Positions 18,472-28,400 of a DNA stretch of 64,000 bases are shown here, in pieces. Each line of letters opens with the position of its first letter. The stretch's first letter is position 1. Below the pieces are notes generated by a model. That model saw nothing but the letters and a program-made list of their open reading frames with translations, was not told where the DNA came from and made no database searches. The DNA is from Lingula anatina (taxonomy: Eukaryota > Animalia > Brachiopoda). The stretch spans positions 5,216,954 through 5,280,953 of the forward strand of contig CM120644.1 of NCBI GenBank assembly GCA_051362555.1. The letters are read 5' to 3'. Both the position numbers and the translations under genes were made by a program.

Positions 18472-20287
18472 GGCCTATTTTGGTGTCCTCTTGTTTCGTA
18501 TTTTTTTTTCGGATTTTATTCGTCAGTTTCACTCTGCTGGACACTGACTACAATTTCAATTCAACATTCTCATACCTAAATAACGCCCAACTCTGCTGCA
18601 AATGGCTTTGTGATAAGGATTTGGCCAGAGGGCAAGGGTGATTGGAGGACAGGAGAGGAACACGTCAAACGCTTGTCATCCTCAGCTTTGCCTTGTTATT
18701 TCATTGTCAATCCTTGTTTATTGTTCTGTTAGAGTAACAATTACTCTCAAATTCAACTTTAATCAGACTGTTGAAATTAATTACAATAAGATGTGTTGGT
18801 TTTTTCATTGGCAGCTTCAAAAACTTGGATTCACAAACCTAGAGGCTCTTGACGCATGTCAGGCGATGTTAGACATAGCCAATCAGAAAGGGATTTACAA
18901 AAGGAGTATTTGTGATATGCTTGGCCCGAATAGATTGGATATTCCTTCAGGTGGGGTAAATAAACACAATTCTGTAGTTTTTCATAATTCTAGAGTCTTG
19001 AACTGGTAATCTAGGCAAACTGAATAGTGATGGGAGTGTATTAATAATACACACCTACATATTGCAGTAATATGCAAACTTACTTGTTTGCCGAACAAAA
19101 ATGGAAAAAAAAACTAGCTGTTGATCATTTGAACGATAAATTTTAAATTCACTTTCTCCGCTGTTTATGTCATATTAATGGGACGCGCTTGAAGTGTTTT
19201 TTAACCTGCTTTAGACAGATAAATGACACTGGATACGAACGACATACATTTGTTTTTTTTTTCATCTTTTCCACGTACATGAAACTTTAGGGTATCACTT
19301 GTAGTGACAAACGCTTAATTTAGATTATGAAAGTTTTGATATGAAGAAAGCAGCTTGGGACTTTATTGGTTTCAGTTGCATGCATGTACCTGTCACATGA
19401 TAGAAAGTGACACGAAGAGGACAGCCAGGTATCGCCAATCATCCATCAGGAATATAAGTCGATTGTACTATTTTATTATTATTATTATAAGTTGATTAAA
19501 TATTTTTTACATATGAGTAGGAAAGGTACTTATTCCGATATTTTATTTTGAATATACCTGCTTGGAAGGTGTGTTCCTCTAGACCTGAAACTATCGTCAT
19601 GTATATTTTAAAAGTATTTTTTTTATTTTTACAGGACATTACGACTGTGTGGTATGTGTTGGTACCATGGCGGCGGGCAATGCCAATGCAAGCTGTCTTC
19701 CAGAACTGATTCGGATCACAAAATCTGGTATGATGAGAGATTGTATCCTGACAGATGGGGAATAGCAACAATTCTGAAATTATGAAAAAATAATTTTAAA
19801 AAATGCACATAATTAAACACAGAAATATGCATGTGAATATCCAATTAAAATATAGCTCCCTGTAGCACTAGCAATGGGTACAGGCATAATTCTCCAATAT
19901 AATACACTGAGACTATTGATTCTGACAAATGAGCTCTTATAATCATCAGCTTGTGAAAGTAATTTTAGGACGTCAGGATCACTTACTGAAGTACTGATAT
20001 ATGATGTGACCCTGTCTTTGTCACATATAAATAATAATTAATTATAATAGACAGATGACCAGAGGCTAACTGCTTTGAGTCCTGCTAATTTTTTTTCAGG
20101 CGGGTTTGTTGCCATCGCGACGAGAGAGGATTACATCCCAGACTGTGGGTACGACAGCAGGGACTGGGACGACTGGCTGAAGATTCACGAAGACAACGGG
20201 CTTTGGAAGAAAGTCGAGATACGTAGGGTGGAGAAATACATGGCCGGCATTGCTGCAGGGATGCTTTATGTGTACCAGGTGTTGTGA
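17477..20287 (+). CDS. METTL27: Class I SAM-dependent methyltransferase, METTL27/WBSCR27-like, 219 aa
   Basis: Exons 17477-17602, 18065-18181, 18815-18950, 19635-19727, 20100-20287 (660 nt, consistent phases). Motifs FYSQWAPTFDED, ILDAGAATGVVG, GFTNLEALDACQAML..A.QKGIY, YDCVVCVG and LPELIRITKSGGF are typical of this family. The symbol denotes family likeness, not proven orthology. Confidence 0.88.
18292..18344. repeat. (ATT)n microsatellite
   Basis: Seen directly in methyltransferase intron 2; similar (AAT)n runs near 7217, 17340, 18440 and 54420. Confidence 0.9.
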
Positions 20288-22741
20288 GGAATGGGCCTGC
20301 GTGAGTTTCAGATAACTCTGTAATTTTCGATAAGACCAATTTTAGATACTGGGTTAAATTTAGTGAACAATTTCACAATATCGGTCTTGTAAAACATTGA
20401 AATGAACTCGAGTCTCAATTGGCGTTTTTTGCTAATTTATCACGTACTGAACTAAAGACGAAGGCAAGTATATTCTCCGCTGTACAGAGCACTTTATTAA
20501 GCTCTTATTATTAATATTCAAATTTTCATCTTCAGTATTTCTAACAGAACATCTTCATCAGGGAATGAGGCTATCCAGTGAATAGCCTCTATGCAGGAAA
20601 TATACTTGAAATATTGGAGGTAACTAATTAGCTGTTGACAAAAGAAAAATTACTTCATTTTTATAAAATAACACAGCTAAAGAAATTCTTCTCTGACATA
20701 CTAACCTGCAACTCTGCTTACTCTGCTTTTTAACCACCTTTTTAATCCATTTGCAACACTGCAAGCTTCAGTCTTTGTGGATATGCTGTACTCATCTTTC
20801 TCTCTCTCTCTCTCTCTCAGCGTTCACTAGCCATGTTGTAATCGACACTGAAAGATTTCTAAATCATGCGCTCCTATTCTGGATTTTGCTAAATTTTGTA
20901 AGACGCACGTTGATATTGGCGCTGCCGTGTATAGATAGTTTTGAATAATATATTATGTGTGGAATATGCTATATATTCTCTTTCGATTTCTTTGAATAAA
21001 TAATAAATCATAACGGTTTGCGAATGCATTTATGGTCTCTGTTTATGGGTGTTGTACTACCCAAGGTTAATTGGTACGCAATTCTGAGAAATCTGTTAAA
21101 GCCTCTTTGGTCAATTCATCACATGGCTTTGTTCCTTCACTTCATATTTATATACTATTTTACCAGAGAAATGGCTCGACATTTCCCAGAATCTGTGTCA
21201 GTAGCTAGGATGTGGCATGACCAATTTTATATTGTGTAATTGGAAATCTGTCAGTTCTGCCTTGGCAGCTATCGTGTTACACCTAAAATGTATTTGCAGA
21301 ATTTGTTTTATACTGGTTCAAAGGGTATAAAATTTAAAAGATGCCGCATAATGGCATCCAAATTATACACAATTAGCAACAGAAGTCCAAGTTATAAACT
21401 GAAAAATACTTTACAAGGTAATATTACCTCCAGAAGTTCAATAGAAATACATATATAAACAATCAGCTCAAATCTGAGTGGAAAAATGGACAATCTGTAT
21501 ACGCGAGTTTCCTTTGTTAATAATTAAAGGAAATTTAACTGATATTTACTTCTAAGGGTAGGGCACCTGTCTGGATCAGCACAACTAAGATATGATAGGT
21601 TGTAATACCTTTGACAGCCCTCATTTCCCTAATGAGGTCTGCCTGTCAGAAGACAAAATATTGGCTATCAAATTTCAGTTAATTTTTTATAGGTATTGAA
21701 AAATGGGACTTTTTATTGAAAACATTGCTTATCAAACTGTTCAACACTGTCACAGAAGTAAAATACTAACACATATATAGCTACACAGAGTTTAATAACG
21801 TTTTACTTGCTAATTTGTCACACTCCATTTTTTAACAGTGTCTAGGATTTGAAGTCACACGCTACTAGTGTTTGGAACGCTTCGAACAGGCATATCTAAC
21901 GCTTTAGCACACTGCATTGAAAGGTGAAGAGGTTTTAGAACTTACTTTAGGCAAGACTTAACAAAAAATGACACAACAGGTGCCTTACCAATTACTGACT
22001 CAGTGAGCAGAGGAGAACTATGCATGAACTCCCTCAAGTAAAATTTACCGAAAGGCACAACAAAGCCAGATTTTTTTTTATAAAAATCATTTTTCAGCTA
22101 CCTCTAAACCAATCCTCAAGTATGACATTAAAAGCAACCCAATGTGACGCTAGGAACCATCTTCCGACAGAAAAATAGATACCCATTAATGAAAATTTGA
22201 AAGTCTGACCGTCTTCCGGAACACCCGGGAGGCAGCCTAAATCCGCCCCTGAACTTGAACCGAATATGTTCATAAACAGTTAACTGAGTAACAACAGTCT
22301 TTGCTTCAGACAGTCATTGTGGATAAGCTCTAGGGGTCGACCCCCCCCCCTCCTCCCTTATTCCCGGTACTCCTTTATTCCCTGCTGCACGAGTTTCTTC
22401 TCACGCAACTGTAAATAACTAGCTTTTAAGACCAGAAAACCTTTCCAATCCAAGCAGCAAGTGTTCCTTTCAACATTATGAATATTTCATATCAATATTA
22501 CCGAAACCACAATGCTGCTGACAACACATAACTCGGTGAAGGTACACGTGTGTTTCCCTTGCGGACGCCGCTGCCCCGCATATGTGGTTAGTATGCCGGT
22601 TAATAACAGCACGATGATCGCGTCAGGGCATGCAATACTGTGAACTTTCACAGTAACATTACATTTTGCTGTATTCCAGAAAGGTAAGGATATTTAAAAA
22701 TGTATTTAAGTCTCAAGGCTTGAAACAGTATTAAAACATAA

Positions 22742-22906
22742 GGCCTCATTCAGAATAGGGGGCTAACTAGTCAGAGGGCCAAATATGGGCGACCCACCTA
22801 AATACTTCCCTACTAGAGTGTCTAATAGCGGATTAGACGGCTAGCTTTTTTGTGGCTCGCCATGTTTGACCCTCGGACTAGTTAGTCCCCAAAAATGAAT
22901 GGAGCA
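22742..22906. mobile_element. About 165-bp hairpin MITE (Harbinger-like)
   Basis: Inverted termini GGCCTCATTCAGAATAGGGGGCTAACTAGTC...GACTAGTTAGTCCCCAAAAATGAATGGAGC preceded by TAA. Absent at the paralogous site near 48505; inverted sister copy at 24575-24741. Confidence 0.75.
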
Positions 22907-23361
22907 TCGGTGTGCATTAAAAAATGAGACAGTGACAGCATAGACGGGACTGAAGTGGCATTGTTTGTTTTATTGTTTTACAAGAATAAGTTTGATCTGT
23001 TGGTAGCTTATCAAATTACGTGAATGCTAGGGAAAATTGTAAACTTATCTTTTCCATGTTAGTGTTCAATGACTAGAATAAGATATTTAAATCCAAAACA
23101 CTGGTAGTTTGAGGCTGTAAAAGAAACAAAAATATCATGGACAGACGCAAAACCAATAACTCAACTGTGAGACTTGTCTAAAATAATTGTTTTCTTGCAG
23201 AAAATATGATGACAGAACCTACAGCTGTTTAAGTCAGTATGTGCTGTCGAAGGTAGGGGAATGATTTCAATCTGATAAAAACCTTTCAGAGATTCTTTGG
23301 TTAATAAAATATGGTTTGCAACAATTGGGTATCAAACATGTGGAAGGCCAAGCCTTAGAAA

Positions 23362-23750
23362 CATCTAGCAATGACCTTGTTGTCAGGGTGTCCGCCTCCA
23401 AAGCGGGAGGAGGTGGCTTCGTCCTCCCCGGGGATGTACCATTTCTTCATTAACGGGTACCGGGTACCGTTAATGAAAAAAATGGTACATCCCCGGGAAG
23501 TGCCAAGCAGGGGGACAACAGGCACTGTTTTCCCCCTGCTTGGGACTTAGGGTTAAAGCAGGAGTAAAGTTCCTGGTCTGGCAGCGAAAGACAATGTTCG
23601 TTAGTGTGACTCCTACGGCAGCCGGGTTGCATCCTCCCCAGGGAAGAGAGAGCGTTAACACGTAGACTGTATCTTGGCCAAAAATGTCCACTGTAAACCG
23701 AGCTGAAATATTTAATGTAGTGCGATATATAGGAATTAAAAATCTACTTA
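23362..23750 (+). mobile_element. tRNA-derived SINE (Trp-like head), copy 1
   Basis: A-box-like TGACCTTGTTG, anticodon-arm-like TCCGC-CTCCAAA-GCGGG (CCA), B-box-like GCTTCGTCCTCC, and an AT-rich 3' tail; duplicated copy at about 48975-49200. Confidence 0.6.
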
Positions 23751-23782
23751 GTGAATTGTATATTTTTCATAAGGCTGAATAA

Positions 23783-24020
23783 GAGCTCATTCCCAATAAC
23801 AGTATCGCCTTTCGTAGATGGATCCAACTCTGTGGGGACTCTAACTGAATGAAATCAGATTAACTGATTAACGCTCCTCCTCTTGTTTCCAATAATCACC
23901 AGCTTTTGTGTATTCTACCCAAAACCAAAGGTCAATCTATTTATCTGATTGCATTCAGTGACAGCCCCTGCGGAGTTGGATCGATCTACACAGAACTATA
24001 GTTTCATTAAGAATGAGCCC
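23783..24020. mobile_element. Hairpin MITE (GATCGATC/GATCCA family)
   Basis: Inverted arms GAGCTCATTC...GTAGATGGATCCAACTC and GAGTTGGATCGATCTAC...GAATGAGCCC; related elements at 24347-24570, 32388-32598 and 44464-44709. Confidence 0.65.
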
Positions 24021-24346
24021 AAAAAGAAGACTCAATGCTGCTGCGTAATACAACCCTTATTTTCGCAAAACACACCACCTGTCGCTATGCAGCCGTCAAA
24101 ATTTCATAACAAACCCTACCTTTGAAGTTTGAGTTTCCTTTTTTACTGAATGGGAGTAGCGACAATTTTTCTCAGAGAAGAAATATTATGTCATGCGCAT
24201 ATTTTTCTGAACGTCTTTGACCCAGAATTCCCGGCTATCATGAGGGTCATTATGTCCTGAACGTTGCAGAATTTCTCCTCAAAGAGGGGCACTTGGTATG
24301 CGGCTGTATTGATGTCTGTTATTAAAAGTGACGAAGTGCAATATAA

Positions 24347-24570
24347 TGGTGCCCTCCCATAAACACCACGAGTCTACTCGGATCTACCCAACTCTGCTCG
24401 GAGTCTCCTTGAGTGCAATCAGCTTAACAGATTAACACACCTTGATTATACGAGTACATTGGAAACAAAAGGGGGCGTGTCTTTCAATTAAGCTGGTAGC
24501 ACTTAGGGAGAGTCCCAACAGAATTGAGTCGATCCAGGTAGATCGATGGTGTTTTTATGGGAATGGGGTC
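24347..24570. mobile_element. Hairpin MITE, related to 23783-24020
   Basis: Inverted arms CCCATAAACACC...GGTGTTTTTATGGG with internal GGATCTAC/GTAGATCG. Confidence 0.55.
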
Positions 24571-24574
24571 TTTT

Positions 24575-24741
24575 GCCCCATTCAGTATAGGGGACTTACT
24601 AGTCCGAGGGTCAAACATGGTCAACCCACTACCAAGCTTGCAGTCTAATCCGCTAATAGACACTAAACAGATATCCAGTGGGGAATTATTCAAGACATAT
24701 GTGACCCTCGGACAATTTAGTTCCTTATTCTGAATAGGGCC
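24575..24741. mobile_element. About 165-bp hairpin MITE, inverted sister of 22742-22906
   Basis: Shares GTGTCTA.TAGCGGATTAGAC core in reverse orientation; ends GAATAGGGCC followed by TTA. Confidence 0.75.
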
Positions 24742-25413
24742 TTAGTGTAGACACCATTGACAAGAATAATAACAACATAGCAAAACCCGCTAAATAAGAT
24801 GGGTACTTGGTGGGCAGCATGGCTTCAGAGAGCAACGGAAAAACGTGGCTTTAATGAAGAGAGAAAGAAAACAGTTGTATTAATATAACACTTTTTGTAT
24901 TTAAAAATTGGTGTGTACCTAGTCAATCTTTCAAGCTATCTTCAGCTGTGGGAAATTGATAAATGGAGATGAAAGTTTTACGAAGCTCTGTCCATTCCTT
25001 TTTTTATCAACCTGGACATTCTTCCTGGCAGTTGGTAATGTTTTGAAAACATTTAAAGGCCTCATCCATGCAATACGTAAAAAATTAATTTGTTATCACA
25101 ATAAAAAAAAAAAGATTATTTAAATACATTATTCCTAAAAAACGCGTATGTTACTCAACTTGGCCATTCCATTACCCACCTAATGCTGCTGCTTTTAGAC
25201 CGTAGTGAGCATTACAGCAGGGAAAATGCACGGGCCAGGATGAGACTCCGTATTATTATCATCCTGCGTTCTCAGATTTACTTTCTGAATACCTAGCTCT
25301 GCTGAAATGGCATTTGGTTTCCGTCAGCCTTAGACACTTGGGATACAAGGGCAACAGCTGGTTGTTGAAACACCATTTTTGGAAAAAGTACCCGCCCATT
25401 ATTCTTGACTGAC

Positions 25414-28400
25414 ATGATAGCGTGTAATATATTACATTTGGTACTTCAAGCATTACTTATCAGCGTCTCAGCGCAAGGTGGAGTTTTAAAGCCAGGGGTC
25501 AGGCTCATAGACCCAGCGAACGTGACCTTGTACTCGTGCGACACAGGCGACATCTATGACAGTAGCACGTGGCTACTTGTATACCCATACGGCATGGGCA
25601 AAGTTGAAGTGAACAACACCATAAGTAGCAGACAGGCTGGTGGTTTAATGCACAAAGTTTTCGCTGTACAGGAAGTTGGTTAGTAACTTTTACTAACCTC
25701 ATGGGAACACTTACGTATCGTTGTAATTAACCATATTTGTTCAACCATGATTGAATGATGATTTGTGTTAACGCATAAATATAAATAAACTAAAAGAAAT
25801 GGTTCAAAATATGTAAATGACTAATATGAACACATTTTAATGGTCATTCTATATGTACCGTTTGGTCTTTTTGAAAACAAATAAAAAAGAGTTAAAAAGA
25901 AATAATATGTATTTACATGTAGCAACACCTCAACTTTTGTGCAGTGCTTTATTGTTGTTTATTTTCAGGTACCTACTTTTTATGTTAGCCTCTGTGGCAG
26001 AACTGGAGGACATCTTTGAATACATGAACGAATCCCAAGAAACACAGACTATAGAGAGAGTAACGAGACCCGAGGCAGAAGAATTTATACCAGACCCAAA
26101 CCTTGTAGAATCTCTGATCAACTATACATTTTCAAATGATAACTTCACTCTCAATGGATCAGCTGTCAACGTGTCTGACTCCTCTGGACTAAACGGAACT
26201 CTACCGAGTAGTGGAGCTCACGACTTTGTACCAGAAGGAGAAAATGTGCTGGTTTTTACAGGTTACACACTTTTTAGTTTTTTTCTTTTTTGACATTGAT
26301 AACATTACGACACATCGATTGTGCCACAGAAATCAGTTTATCTTAGACAACAACAACATATGTTCGTAAGCTGTCAAAAATAAAATAAATGTCTACCCAA
26401 AGATGTTTAAAATAAGGGAGTTCCACTTTTTTGCGTGGTAGGGGTTAAAGTACTCACTCTGTTAGAATATATTTAACAATCTTAGATCAGGACGTGTGGA
26501 AATGCGCTGGTCACCGGTACAGGGACAACGATGGAAATGAGCACGTGACGTACTATCTCGTGATGCCAAGTGACCAGAACCAGAACGTGACTGCCGGAGA
26601 CATCTTGGTGGGCTCTGACAGCAGAGGCTTTCTTGAAACTGTGACCAGCATAAATGAGACAGGAGGGAAATACTTGGTGCATTCTGATCTGCTGCTTTGT
26701 GGAGAACTTGAGGAAAATGTGACCAACTTAATGTGAGAATTTATTTCATTTTAAATTGAAAACGAATATTTAACACAAATATAGACAATTGTAACTTATT
26801 GTAAACTTGTAACATTTATGAACTAGAAGGACCGATAAGGTCGATTTACGACCACAATATAAAGTAGCTGCATTTTTAAGCTACTTCTGGCTAAACTGGG
26901 CATGTTGACTTTATCTTAGTCATAAGAAATCTATTCAACTGAGTTTATCTGAATTATTAAGAATCCACGCCTGCGCTTCAAAAACTACGTAAAACAATAA
27001 CAAAAATATCTAAAAGCAAGTCTGATCTTTAATATCAGACATTATCAGCCTTAATAAATTTTGGCCTCAATATTGGTCAGTAACGGTTTTGTAATGAGAA
27101 TATCAACTTAAAAATTAATAGTTGATTTGACATTATAACAGCCAACTATTATTTTTGAAATATTCCAAAATTTTGACAAGAGAGAAGGCAGCTGGTTTCA
27201 GGGACATCTAAACAAAATAAAATGTCCTCATGAATTCATTTCGTATTTTTAGAAAAATTAAAGTAAATCTAGTGGAAAGATGACCTCATAGCTCGAGATA
27301 AGTCGCGCACATTAAACATTTAAAAAAATTGTTGGTAAGGATACGTGTCATTTTAACAATTTAAATGTATAGTGAAAGTATGAGATATACCGTCCCTAGA
27401 ACCCGGTAAAATTTTGAACAGAAGTTAAACAACATTCCATGCTAAGACATTGAAACTATATACAAGGAAAAGCTGAACTATTATTTTGTTTCGAAAGTGG
27501 CCATAATCAATGCACGGGTGGGGTTGGATTCCTTAAGCTCTTTACTACCAATCCCAAATCATTTTGAGTAAATCTACCAAAGTATGTCTTGTGAGTATAA
27601 CTCACACTTTTCGTTTTTTAATTAGTGTATGGATTTAGTCGTAGGTTTAGTTGATGTATATATGTTTGTTTCCTAGTGTCACAGATATCGACATGCCAGA
27701 ATCTACATTGTTTTGTCAAGGCCGTGACGGGATACCAGGACTTCACGTAAATAACCAATCAGCTGCAGTTAATTTTGGTGACGTCATTGCAGGAAGGCCA
27801 TCAGGCGCATTTTCTGCAAAGGTATATTAATCGTTTTTAATACGAACAGTAAGGAAAGTATCGAACCTAAACATTGTCCAATAATTTCGGTACTTTATCT
27901 AATTCACTGGAAATCCTATTTTTTCAACATTTCAACATAAACATATGTTCTTCGCTGTATTTTATGTATTTTCATCCGTCTATTCTACAGTGCAATTCTT
28001 TCACGCTAGGGAGTCTAACCTACGCATCCAACACATGTCCTCAGTAATACATTATTTTAAGTTTTGGAAACGTTTTTCAGGCAATCCGATGCAACACTTC
28101 AGGTGCCTATACCTATTGCGAAGTGACGCCTATTTTAGATATTGCCAACAACGAAGTCATAGTAGCCAGTTCCAACCTTCCCACAGAAAAGAGTAACCGA
28201 GTGACAAGAGATACATACACCTTTACACCCGATGATTTCACCAAGGTTTTTTCAGCTACTCTGGGGCAAATCAAGGTGAGATACCTCCGGGAAATCACTG
28301 CTGTCTGAGCAGTAGCATGGAGAAGAATGGTGGTTAAATGTGTTCTTTTCAGATATAGATGGCGTTTTATTTATACAAAATTTATACAATATTTAACATG

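Noticed and set aside
23201-23252. Exon-like segment (TTGCAG...AAG|GTAGG) conserved at 48815-48867
   Set aside because: Reading frames differ between copies and one has a stop; at most a non-coding exon, unsupported without RNA data.
23362-23440. Possible tRNA-Trp gene
   Set aside because: No convincing acceptor stem, degenerate boxes, and it continues into a SINE-like body that is duplicated at about 48975.
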